DNA of 64,000 bases from Octopus bimaculoides (Eukaryota). The notes under the pieces are model-generated. The model saw only the letters and a program-made list of their open reading frames with translations, was not told the DNA's origin and did no database searches. The position numbers and the translations under genes were made by a program. Numbering within the stretch: position 1 is the first letter of the stretch; each line of letters begins with the position of its first letter. Shown here piece by piece: positions 52,278-64,000 of this stretch. The stretch covers positions 11,426,330 through 11,490,329 of the forward strand of contig NC_069004.1 of assembly GCF_001194135.2 (NCBI RefSeq), written 5' to 3'.

Positions 52278-55200
52278 GTAAGTATCTGTCATATTCTCTC
52301 ACTCTTCTGTAGAAGGCGATTTTTACCTCGGAACTTTTTTTTTTAAAGCAAATGATGTTATTTTTCGAAATAACAAAACAAAACGTTGATGTTTGCTATG
52401 TTAAGACCTCTGTCATAAATTGTTTGACAAGAATATATATAATATATTGTCATTGTAGAACGGAGAGATCTTTGTTGAACACACATACGAGCCAGTAAAG
52501 AAATAAATGATATAACACGCAGAATACCTTTATGTAAACACACACATACGTATATAGTGTGTGCTTCTTTCTTCGGATATATGATCCACTGACGTTATAT
52601 ATATATATGTGCTTTACTATTTCGCTTAGACATAGCGATACTAATAATCTCTTAGAACTAAATATATATATATATATATATATGCTTCAGAATTAAGCGT
52701 TAGGTGAGTACAGGACATAAAATAAAAATTCTTGCTCTCTTGTCATTTATTTCATTTCAAAAACATACATGCATACGCAAATATAATGCAATATATATNN
52801 NNNNNNNNNNNNNNNNNNNNNNNNNNNNNNNNNNNNNNNNNNNNNNNNNNNNNNNNNNNNNNNNNNNNNNNNNNNNNNNNNNNNNNNNNNNNNNNNNNNN
52901 NNNNNNNNNNNNNNNNNNNNNNNNNNNNNNNNNNNNNNNNNNNNNNNNNNNNNNNNNNNNNNNNNNNNNNNNNNNNNNNNNNNNNNNNNNNNNNNNNNNN
53001 NNNNNNNNNNNNNNNNNNNNNNNNNNNNNNNNNNNNNNNNNNNNNNNNNNNNNNNNNNNNNNNNNNNNNNNNNNNNNNNNNNNNNNNNNNNNNNNNNNNN
53101 NNNNNNNNNNNNNNNNNNNNNNNNNNNNNNNNNNTATATATATATAGACATACATTTACTGAAGTATCAGTCTGAGATGCAGTAAGGGCTCCCACTGCTA
53201 CAAATTCATATTCCTGTGTAGTATATATGTATATGTGTGCGTGTGTCTTAAGGTCCGACGATGTTTTAAACACTGATTCTTACCTCTAATTTCAAGTTGA
53301 ACGAATGAAAGAGATCCCACCATACACACACAACATGAACCCTGGCCCTAGCTAAGATTCCTTGATAATCTGAGGTCGTGTACCGCCCTATATATGTCAT
53401 CATAAACTGCATAAATTTATGCAGTTATATAATTATATAAAGTTATATATATTGACATTCCTTCATATTGCATACGACGGCTGCAGGCTTGCCAGAAGCC
53501 AGAGTATAAATAAATACAATACAACCACAATTGTTATTCAATTTTCTAATGAAACAAACTACAATGGCTCATAGGTAATAGTTTTATGGTCGAGTATACA
53601 CCTGGAATATGTTGTTTAAAACTCATTCATAGTATTCGATTACCTGATGTCAGTAACTATATGAAGGTATATCACTGGATTTACTTCAGAATTTTTTTTT
53701 GGTTCTGTAGAATTTCTTAAAAATATGAGAGGAAGAAAATGGAATTCCCTAGACGAATAAAGGACATGAATTCATTTTTCTTTCCCTCATATATGTGTGT
53801 GTGTGTGTGGTCAGTGGATCGTATATCCGAAAAAGAAGCACACTCCGAAAGTTCGAGCAGTAATGTATTTATATGAAATTAAATATATGTCCGGTCATCG
53901 AGTGACCAATGGTTTCGCTTCCATAAAGCCCTTAGCTTCATATGCCTATAACAAATTATAGAGACCGAAAATGGAATATACAAGAAACTTTATTGCTCGC
54001 AACAATAATCGTTTCGACAATCCTTCATCGATTCCTCGCGGGGTGGGGGACATTGTACGAGTGGTTCTGGTGCAATCCTCGGTGCAGAAGTGTCTCGTCA
54101 GGTGATGTTATAAGGGGTATCTCGTTTGTGTCTATCGTTTATTATATACTCAACGAACACTGAGGAATTCCTGAGGTAGATCCAGCGACAGTTGTGTAAA
54201 TACCGTGGATAACATCAGGTAGCCATAGGCAGTGATCGAGCTTCGTCGGCTAACTACTGGGAACATACCCAATACTTAAATAATTACTTTATTTATATAT
54301 ATATATATATGTATGTATGTATGTATAATTCAAATTTGAAAGGAAAAAAAGAGACGAAGACAGGTGAGGAATAACAAGCAGGTGTATTAGCGTAGTGTTT
54401 GATCTAAAATAATGGTTATTCCACCAGATTGTTCTGAGAAAGACCATCTGAAATACAGCTGATAAACCGATATTTTTGTTTTGTTATTCCATCAATTTCC
54501 TTCAGCTGTTTGTGTTTCAATAATTTTTATTTCTTTAGAATATTAAACGATTTTCGTATTTCGTAATTTTGCGTTTTATTAATTTATTTATTTATGTTTT
54601 TTTTTGTTTATGGTCGTACTATGTAGTTAGGAGTCGTCTCCCTTTGACCTTAACGACCTGAGTCAATATGGCTTGCTGTAATCAGGGAAAAGGAAAAGAA
54701 CAAACTACTATGCAACAAACAAACAAAAAAAGGAAAAAGTGTCGCCCTTGCTTGAAGGTGAATAAATCATTATCAGTCAAAACTGTCTAAAATAATAGAT
54801 AAAAAATTCAAATTGGAAAATAAAACGTCCGATTCATTTGCGCATGCGTGGATGCGCTTGTGCGGTCTTTAAATGTTTACACTGTGACGGCCGTCGTTTT
54901 CTTCTTCCAACCTTGACCATCTCGTTTTCTCACTCATTTCACACCCTACCGTCCTTTTTTTTTTCTTTTGAATAATGTATACACGGGCCTCAAGGGTGTC
55001 CATAAATTATCTTTACAATTTTCACACTTCCTAGCTTTAAATTGTAAAGGTAATTTATCCTCCGCACCCAGTCCCGTTTTCGTAGGGTGGGGGAAGTGGA
55101 AAAATAAATAAATAAAAAGGCCAAAGCGAGCATGACGGAGGTCAGGTCAGATTAAATGAAAACACAACTTATTGCCAATTTTATTTGGTAAAATTAGCGG

Positions 55201-57871
55201 TCAACATACAAACAAACTTTAGGGTGGGGGTCTCGTTTAGTAATTTAATACGGAGTTGACTGAAAAGTAATCAATAAGATTGTCATGGATGGATTGTCCT
55301 AGTTCTGTTAGATCAGCGCTGACTTGGACCGAACAGCAACAATTAGCGATAGGTCTGTGTGTGTGTGTATACTGGTATCACCCAATATGCTAGAAATTGC
55401 AGTTACATTCCTTGTCGGTGCATAAATTGTTAATAATTAATCTATAGAGATATTGGTTCCAAATTTTGGCTCAATGCCAGCAATTTCAGGGGATGGACTA
55501 AGTCAATTACGTTGATGGTAGTGCTTGACCTTCACTTATTTTATCGACCCTGAAAGGATGAAAGGCAAAGTCGACCTCAACTGAATTTGAACTCAGAATG
55601 TAATGACGGACGAAATGCCACTAAGCATTCCGCCCAGTGTGCAAACGATTCTACCAGCTCACCACCTTAATCTATATAAGTATTGATAAATGGACGTTAT
55701 TTAGAATAAGGCCTCAGAGATAAAAAATTGGTTGGACATAAGGTGTGTTCATCAGTTGTGTGACCTAAGAAGGTTAACAGAAACCAATTAGGCTCTTAAT
55801 AGGATTAATTATCGAAGCATAACAGGATAATTCATAGAAAACTTGGTGAAGATATTCTTGGTGCTATGACTTTAAAAAATCAGTGACGTAGCTGGAGTGT
55901 GTGTCACCTGGAGCAGCCTTTGTGTTTGATCTCCACTTGAGTTTGTTGCTTATACAGTAGGCTCACAAGTGTTGCCCTCATGAAAGTGTTGTGCAGAACA
56001 ATCCTCTCCTTCCAGATATGCTACTGCAAATGTCTGAACCATTTCTTCCTGCCTGCAGCGTTTGAGACATTTGGAGGGGCTGGGCTGCTAACAGCGAAGT
56101 TCTCGTCAGCATTTGCAGTTCACCTTAAGTCCTCTACAAATGTCATTTAGTCCTCCACATCATAACAATTTTGGCAAGTATCATTTAAACTGGCACTCCA
56201 TTAGTTATGATGACAAAGGGTCCAATTGATCCGATCAACAGAACAGCCTGCTCATAAAATTAACATGCAAGTGGTTGAGCACTCCACAGACATGTGTACC
56301 CTTAACATAGTTCTCAGGGAGATTCAGCATGACACAGAAAGCGACACGACTGGCCCCTTGAATTACAGGTACCTCTCATTTTTGCCAGCTGAGTGGACAG
56401 GAGCAATGAAAAATAAAGCATCTTGCTGAAGGACATAATGTACTGCTGTGAATCACAACCATGGGCTGAAATACCCTAACCACTAAGTCACATGCAAGTA
56501 TTGTTACATTCTCTAAAATCATCATTTTATACTCTTCAATTGTTAAGTCATCTACAAATATTGTTACATTCTCTACAACCATTATCATTGCCCCTTCAAA
56601 CATTATTACATTTTCTACACCCATCATCATCTTCTCAACAAATAATATTACTTTCTCTACAAACATTAATGTATCCTACAAACGTTATTATTATTATGTT
56701 TACAGTGGACAGTGTTTATCCTCTACAAAAGGCTGCCCGTGATGGCAGAGCTGATATTCTGAAGTTGTTGGTTAGAAAATATGGAATGAATGTCAACTGC
56801 CAAACATATGATTTGGTGACCCCTCTACATGAAGCCAGTGCCTGGGGTCACGTGAATTGCGTCACTGAACTCATTCAGTTAGATGCTTCGGTAAGGTGAT
56901 TTTATTCTCATTCTTCAGTCGTTCTCCTCTCTTTCGTAAGGCTTGTTTACAGCCAAGAGGAAATATTTCTAATATGGTTTTTAGTTAAGTCATAGGGTGG
57001 TTGGAATCTTTGCTAACATAATGGAGTGACTCATTTGTTTTTCTCTCTGAGCAGTAAAGGCCATTAGCTAGGTTGAATATCAAATCAAGGAATTTGACCA
57101 ATCCAAGGTTAGATTCGACAGTAATTTTTCATTCTAATGCCCTAAACAATTTGTGGAGTTCCTTCATAATTTGGTTGATATTCTTGTGGGTTATTATTTG
57201 TTATGGGTGTGAGTTCATCGTTTCAGTAGAGACTACCCTTAAACATTTATGGTTTACAAGAAAGCGTTTATATGTTCCTACTAAAAAGTCTTTTCTTCTC
57301 TTCAATTTGACATTGAGTGAAAATGGTGTCTTAAACCATTTAATTTTGCACTTTTTTTTTTGTTTTTGCTTTGTAGGGATCAGTTTTAGCGATTGGTATG
57401 TATGTGATTTTTTTTTTTTTTCGAAACTACTGGCTTCTATAGTTGTGCTTTTGTATGGTGTACCTTTCTTGCATATTTCCTTATTAGATGAGAGAGTAGA
57501 TAGTCGTAGTCATCAGCTGAAATCAATTAACAGGTTTTTAAATACTATCAATGGGTAACCAGAGCCTTTGCATATTTATCCATTCATTTTTAAGCCCATT
57601 TTTCCATGGTAGCATGGGTTAGATGAATATTTCATTGAGGCATTGTTTTACAGGTGGATGCCCGTCTTGCTGCTAACCCTTACTTGCTTTCAAATAAGGG
57701 ATTTCGTATTCTACTTGTCTTCAAAGGCACAAAGCCAGTAGATGGTTTGTTGACAGGGAAGTGACAATAACATCACTGCTGGTAGCACTGATTATTTCTG
57801 GAGATGTGCAGATGAAAGCAGTCACACACACACACACACACACAAACATACAAATCTAGATTGTGTGTGTA

Positions 57872-57905
<34 letters not shown>

Positions 57906-59752
57906 TAAATGATAAGATTGCTTCAATATTTCAGGGGTAGTCTGAAGTATCTAAGCAACCAGGGGATATTTAAATCTGAAGGCACTCCTGGAAATTACTT
58001 GTGTGGGTACCGTCTTCGTTAGAAGGTATCCAGAGGCAGGTAATTTATTGTTTAAACCGCAGTTTATAATTATAATTATATATATATATATACATACATA
58101 TACGAGCACACAGATGTTTGTGTGCCTGTCACATGTACAGAAATCTTTATAAAAGTGGTGTATTTGCTCCCCCCCACTTCAACAAACCAAGGGGAGATAA
58201 TTACCACTTCATTTATGATAACATCTGTACTTGAAATAAAAGTGGGAGGTCTTGGTATTGATGAATGATGTCTATCCAAGATAAACAAAGGCACCTTGGT
58301 ACTATCACAATGTCTAAACACAGTTAATTTATATGCAGCTTTACCTGTCTATGTACATCGAGATTATCTAACTATTTTTAATCTAATTACCTGGGTAATG
58401 TTAGATATTCTAGACTGCTCTGTTTTAAAAACATTTGGAGATGTTTAGGTAAATAACATTTTTTTTTTGAAGTTGTTGTTTTTGGAATCCAACCAGAATT
58501 TTGTGTAATTGTTTATTTAATAACAGGGTTGCAATTGAAATTCTAATTTCAATGTAAACATTTTAATATAGGCACTTCTCAGTGGGTTGTAATAAAAAGG
58601 GTTAATATCGTAAAATCAGTGTACGGAAAAGTCCTTAAAAGTACCCCAAGATTTACGAGACATTTTACATTCTGTGGCTATTTATTAATCAGTGTGCATC
58701 ATTTCCTGTTTGTTAGGTGAATGCCCGCAATATCGATGGTTCGACACCCCTGTGTGAAGCAAGCAGCCATGGAAAGACAGAATGTGTCCGTCTACTTTTA
58801 ACTGCTGGAGCATACGTTAACCCTCCACTCCTACTCACAACTCCCTTACATGAAGCAGTTTTCAATAGTGAGTGAGTGAAAACTTGATTTCCTTTCTCTC
58901 ATCACATCTCTTCCTATCTTTTGTTTGTTTTATTTTTGTTGTTGCTGTTTTACTCTTTGACAGAAGTTGTCTGGTATTTTATTCTTGTTATTCACTGAAT
59001 GGTTGTACCACAAGATGGCCATAGTTAAATTGCTGGAAGCACAGTTGCTAAAGTACCATTCAAATTGCATGATAGTCTTTAGTTTCAGCCTTTTATGGCA
59101 GTGGCGGTATGGTAAGAAGCTTGCTTTCCATTTACATGGTTCTGGGTTTAGTCTCACTTGGACAAGTGTCTTCTATAGCAACTTGTCCTGTATCATCCTT
59201 TAACATCAAGTCTTTGTCTTCATCATTTTTCATTTTTCTCTTCTACTTTTTTTCCAGACAACTGGGAATGTACTGAGATTCTAACGGAAGCAGGAGCCAA
59301 CTTAGAGGCAAGTGACATCCATTTCGGCACACCCCTCCTTGTTACCTGCTTGAATGGTTACATCAAATGTGCCAAGGTTCTCCTACAATCAGGTAAACCC
59401 TTAAACTGATTTTGTTTGACCTTGATTTTTTTTTTTTTTTTTTTTTTTTTTTCTGTTAGTTTTTGAAAATCTTGGCTTCATTACTTATTTCAATGAGGAA
59501 AACTGACTTCCATTATTATTATTATTATTATTATTATCATTATTAAGGCGGTGAACTGGCAGAATCATTAGCATGCCAGGCAAAATGCGTAGCCTGTCGC
59601 TACTTTCTGAATTCAAATTCCATCAAGGTCGACTTGGCCTTTCATCATTTTGAGTATCAGTAGATTAAGTACCGGTAAAACATTGGTTCAATGTAATTGA
59701 TTCGTCTCCTTCCCCAAAATTTCAGGCCTTGTGCCTTTAGTAGGAAGGATTA

Positions 59753-59784
<32 letters not shown>

Positions 59785-61984
59785 TTCCATTTTTAATCTG
59801 CTTTATTCTTAGGAGCCAACGTAAATGCTGCCAGAACACATCAAACCCCTTTGCACGAAGCCATAAAACAAGGTTTGGACAATGATTTCCTCACGCTGCT
59901 TCTTGAACATGGTGCCAACACACGCAGCTTAAACAACCAAGGTTTGCTACCACGCCACTTGGCACACCGGAATTCCAATGTCATTAAGTTGTTGGATTAT
60001 TGGGAAAGTAAGTCAGAAATATTTTGGAGATTTATGGTTCTTCATTATTTTATTCAGTATTTGTATTTTTATTTCAATAAATTTCAATCATTGAAAGATA
60101 TAGTTTTATGATAACAAGACCTTCGTACATTGGGCCTCACCGAGGCGATGACTACTGACGGAGACCTTTGGAAATGTGCTGTGCGTGAGAAGACCCGGCA
60201 AGCCAAGTAAGATCGTTGCCAGTGCCCCTGGACTGGTTCTTGTGCGAGTGGCACATGAGATGCACCATTTTGAGCGTGGCCGTTGCCAGTACCGCCTGAC
60301 TGGCTCCCGTAGGATTTTCGAGCGAGATTGTTGCCAGTGCCCCTGGACTGGCTTGTGCGGGTGGCACATAAAAGACACCATTTCGAGCGTGGCCGTTTTC
60401 GTGCGGGTGACACGTAAAAGCACCCACTACACTCTCTGAGTGGTTGGCGTTAAGAAGGGCATCCAGCTGTAGAAACTCTGCCAAATTAGACTGGAGCCTG
60501 GTGTTGCCATCCGGTTTCACCAGTCCTCAGTCAAATCGTCCAACCCATGCTAGCATGGAAAGCGGACGTTAAACGATGATGATGATGATGATGATGTTTC
60601 CCTTTTGGGGTTTTATTATATGTCAATGATTAGCCATGTACCAACCCTTTTCTTACCACCACTGCAATAACAACCAGCAGCCAACGATGCCATTGTAACT
60701 TTCTTGACCAATCCTTCATTCTTACACTGATTCACTTCAGAGTAGAGAGTGAATTCTTTAACAATTGCTGCCATCCCAACCACATAGTTCTGGGTTCAGT
60801 CCTACTGTGTGGCATCTTGAGCAAGTGTCTTCTACTGTAGCCTACAACATATGTTACAGTATCCAGTCATAGAAATCTTGTCAAAGCAGGTACTGGAGAC
60901 CAACACAACCCTCGGGCTTGTTGCATCCTTTCAAACTACCCAACCCATGCCAGCATTGGTTCGCAAATGTGGTTCACGAAAGAGTCATACCCAACGACTG
61001 GTGTAGCAGCACCATAGTCAACTGCTACAAAGATAAAAGTGATGCCTCAGATAGAAATAATTACAGAGGTATCAAATCGTTGTGTCGAGTGACGAAAGTT
61101 ACAGAGAGAGCCATAGTCCAACCAATTAGGGAGAGTTAGTCTAGATGAGATGCAGTTTGGTTTTGTGCCAAGCAGAAGCACCACTGATGCTATATTTCTG
61201 GTAAGCCTTGTACAGGGACACTACCAGTAAGGTGAGGGTGGGCAACGAGTACAGTGAAGAATTCAGGGTACAAGTAGGGGTTCACCAAGGATCGGTCCTC
61301 AGCCCCCTCTTGCTCATCATAGTCCCCTAGGCAATACTATTATTATAAAGGCAGCGAACTGACAGAATTGTTAGCACACCAGGCGAAATGCTTAGTGGTA
61401 TTTCATCTGTTGCTACGTTCTGAGTTCAAATTCCACCAAGGCCAACATTGCTTTTCATCCTTTTGGGGGTTGATAAATTAAGTACCAGTGAAACACTGAG
61501 GTTGATGCAATTGACTAGTCCCCTCCCTTGTGCCTTTAGTAGAAAGGATTATTATTATGATGACATACATTGCCTTTGTTTAAATTCATTTTGAAATAAT
61601 GAACAATTGAGTAAAATAACTTTGTTGTTTATTAAGCTGGTCCACAGAGAGAGGAATAACTTGTGGCAAGCAGCAGAAAAACTATGCAATTGATGGATGT
61701 TTCATTAACCTATTGGGCAGAATTCAAATCTCCTCAATGAGTAATTTTTCCTAATTCTTTATTTAGTATAAGGACTGTAGCAAAGTTTGAAATTAAAATT
61801 CCCTTCCTTTTTTTCTTTTTCGTTTTCTGTTTTAAACATTTTATTTTCCCTTTTTGTTTCAGAAAACCCCCAGAGTCTGTTGTTCTATGCTCGGAAATCA
61901 ATCTTGAAGGCTATCAGAAATTATCATCTTATTTCTAGACTTGAGATACCTCAAATCCTACAGAACTACCTCAGTTTCAAGTAA
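52151..61984 (+). CDS. ASB13: Ankyrin repeat and SOCS box protein, ASB13-like; 6 coding exons, 304 aa
   Basis: join(52151-52277,56706-56890,58717-58867,59258-59392,59813-60007,61863-61984) = 915 nt, all GT-AG and phase-consistent. VNARNIDGSTPLC...VNPPL...PLHEA and GANLEASDIHFGTPL closely match human ASB13 as recalled; C-terminal SOCS box. Confidence 0.9.
53950..54260 (-). mobile_element. Possible Penelope-like pseudo-LTR remnant with degenerate hammerhead motif
   Basis: Minus strand CTGACGA-gaca...tgtc-GAAAC..GTT followed by AATAAA. Confidence 0.4.
56706..56890 (+). CDS. ASB13: ASB13-like exon 2 (ankyrin repeats)
   Basis: CAG/GTAAGG, DSVYPLQKAARDG...VTPLHEASAWGHVNCVTELIQLDAS. Confidence 0.92.
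58717..58867 (+). CDS. ASB13: ASB13-like exon 3
   Basis: TAG/GTGAGT, VNARNIDGSTPLCEASSHGKTECVRLLLTAGAYVNPPLLLTTPLHEAVFN. Confidence 0.95.
59258..59392 (+). CDS. ASB13: ASB13-like exon 4
   Basis: CAG/GTAAAC, NWECTEILTEAGANLEASDIHFGTPLLVTCLNGYIKCAKVLLQS. Confidence 0.95.
59813..60007 (+). CDS. ASB13: ASB13-like exon 5
   Basis: TAG/GTAAGT, (G)ANVNAARTHQTPLHEAIKQG...LLEHGANTRSLNNQGLLP...LLDYWE. Confidence 0.93.
60175..60597 (+). mobile_element. Retroelement family D (RTE-type 3' end, (GAT)n tail)
   Basis: GTGGTTGGCGTTAAGAAGGGCATCCAGCTGTAGAAAC...GGACGTTAAACGATGATGATG. Other copies 11338-11600(-), 25588-26220(-), 33040-33212, 36960-37283(-), 38172-38505(-), 42108-42343. Confidence 0.85.
60965..61330 (+). 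mobile_element. RTE-clade LINE reverse-transcriptase fragment, internally deleted
   Basis: IPNDWCSSTIVNCYK.K.DA.DRNNYRGIK...LDEMQFGFVPSRSTTDAIFL...KVRVGNEYSEEFRVQVGVHQGSVLSPLL. Confidence 0.9.
61863..61984 (+). CDS. ASB13: ASB13-like exon 6 (SOCS box)
   Basis: CAG acceptor, NPQSLLFYARKSILKAIRNYHLISRLEIPQILQNYLSFK then TAA; AATAAA at 61993 and 62293. Confidence 0.92.
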
Positions 61985-64000
61985 CCCTTGACAATAAAAT
62001 CTCATTGCTACTCTAAAGACAATTCCAGGATTCAAGGAGTATTTTTGTTTTTCTTTTTGTTTACAGCTGGATATCATCATTCCTTCTATTAATCTCTGCC
62101 TACCTCCATCAACATAGAGAAACTAGAGTTACTACATGTAATGCCTTACTAATCACTGTGTTATATCCACAAGTATAGCATGTAACTCTTTGATTTGGCT
62201 GATCAAGGTAAAAAAAAAACCCTGTTTATCATTTATTTCACAGTTCAGTGGCTAGCAGGATTCACTAAGCTGTTAAAGTAATTGATCCAACCAATAAAAC
62301 AATTGAGTCCAGCCATTGGATATTATTTGGGGAAAACCTTTAGTTTAACCCATTACCTCCCATAATTCTATTAACTGGAATTTTTTTTAATGAAACTTTG
62401 ATTTCTAGCAAAAAACAGCCTTCGAAACACGCTGGAATGATCAAAATAACATTTCAAAATAACATTTTAAATAGAAATAAGCGAGAAATAGGGTGAAAAA
62501 TTAGCAAACCTCATTTGAATATCAGAGAAATATACCTAGTAGATATAGCAAAAAGGTTAGATATGTGTAAATATTGACAGATAATTACGAAATTTGTCAT
62601 TTTTAAGCGATCTCATATGAGATCACTGGTAGGTAATGGGTTAATGTAAAATACTGTCTGAGAATATTGGAGTTCTGCTGTGCACTCATTTGGTGCCAAT
62701 GTCTACAAATGGGAAATGATTTAAATGAAGAAAGTTTTCTACCGGTGACTGAAGTTCTGAAAATGATAAAACCTGAACTAATAGCAGCATTCTGATGTAT
62801 AGCATTGATATTTCTCATGATTGGATTGTATTTTGTATATTTTAAGAAGCCCTCAGTTAACTGCGTTGGTCAGGTGTTTCAGCCTTGGGCTAAAAGCTGA
62901 TACTTTGTATCATGTTGCTTTCTGCTGAGCCATACTCTTGGCTAGGAAACACTACTTTTTGTGCTGTGCTCCCTTTTTAGTTAGAAATAGGGGTTGTGTT
63001 GTTGTCCCCGGCTTGCAGTGTTTGTGTTCAAGTCTTCCTTTTAATCTCAAGAATGCCACAAGAAACCACCTGTGTGTATTTCTGCATAATGAGATCTTGC
63101 AGTTTGGAAGAAACAACCCACCCCAAAAGTTTGTCTCTCTCTGCAGCACTTTTCGTGTTGTGTGAATGACTGTTTAGAAATCCTGAAGAGGCTTCCTTAG
63201 ATCTGATGATTAGGTTTGGTTTCATGGTATGAAGCGGAAAAGAGATAAATCTTCCCTGGGTGAGACAACAGTCTTTCACTAGTTAACATTCCCTGAGGAT
63301 TTGGTATTTAATACTGTCGACAGTTAGGAGAGCTGTGATAGCATTATACTAATGTGTGCTACAACAGTAACATTGATCACCACTAACACTACCGCAATGA
63401 CTGTACTAACCACAAAATAACATTAACCATATCAACAACAATAACAGCAACATCAATAACAAGTACCACAATAACACCATCAACTGCAACATCAACCACA
63501 ACAATACTAACCATAGCAGCACCTACACTACAACAGCATTATTGATTACCACGACCATGCTGCAGCAGCAGTTGTAACATCAACCACCACTACCACTACA
63601 ACAACAACAATAATAATAAAACATCACAGCACTAAACATAACATCAACAGCAAAAATATTTATCATAACAACACCAAGAACTACATCAATAATAATCGCA
63701 CAACAACAACAACAACATCAACCACCACAATCACTCTGCAGCAGCAATAACACCAACATGCACTACAGCTGCACCAATTGCAACATCAACCACAGCAACA
63801 ATAATAATCCTTTCTACTAAAAGCACACGGCCTGAAATTTTGGGGGAAGGGACTAGTTGATCACATTGACCTGTTTCACTGGTACTTAATTTATCGACTC
63901 CGAAAAGATGAAGGGCAAAGTGGGCCTTGGCAGAATTTGAACCCAGAATGTAGTGACAGGTGCTTACGATTCTGCCAGCTCGCCACCCTAACAACAATAA

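Noticed and set aside
53160-53213. 54-nt minus-strand micro-exon candidate EYEFVAVGALTASQTDTS
   Set aside because: Phase 0 end does not fit the phase 2 acceptor at 50539; no other support
56492-56705. In-frame ORF extension upstream of ASB13 exon 2
   Set aside because: Low-complexity repeat; a good acceptor at 56705 explains the ankyrin part

Overview
AT-rich, microsatellite- and SINE-dense animal genomic DNA with many N gaps (397-775, 4724-5096, 14683-14735, 18792-18891, 34314-34775, 47821-48451, 52799-53134 and smaller). The repeat landscape is consistent with an octopod cephalopod; this is an inference, not a database result. Most long ORFs in the track are simple-repeat artefacts. Manual splice-aware reading recovers two multi-exon genes arranged head-to-head. 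(1) A 30-exon GSAP/pigeon-like gene on the minus strand (ATG 48537, stop 8965, at least 954 aa); all observable junctions are GT-AG and phase-compatible, and only the exon 1 donor is hidden in a gap. (2) A 6-exon ASB13-like ankyrin-repeat/SOCS-box gene on the plus strand (52151-61984, 304 aa). Introns hold several tRNA-headed SINE families, decayed mariner/Tc1 and RTE LINE fragments, MITEs and Helentron-like elements. Most notable oddities: an rDNA 5'ETS-18S junction fragment inserted inside a retroelement; a MITE carrying an internal 5x85-bp array; a TIR element carrying a LINE-ORF1-like coding fragment; degenerate Penelope-type hammerhead motifs; a DxxD motif where human GSAP is reported to be caspase-cleaved; and an unexplained coding-like segment between the two genes. 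No clearly novel multi-gene system is supported. Protein family calls rest on recalled human/insect sequences compared by eye, not on a search.
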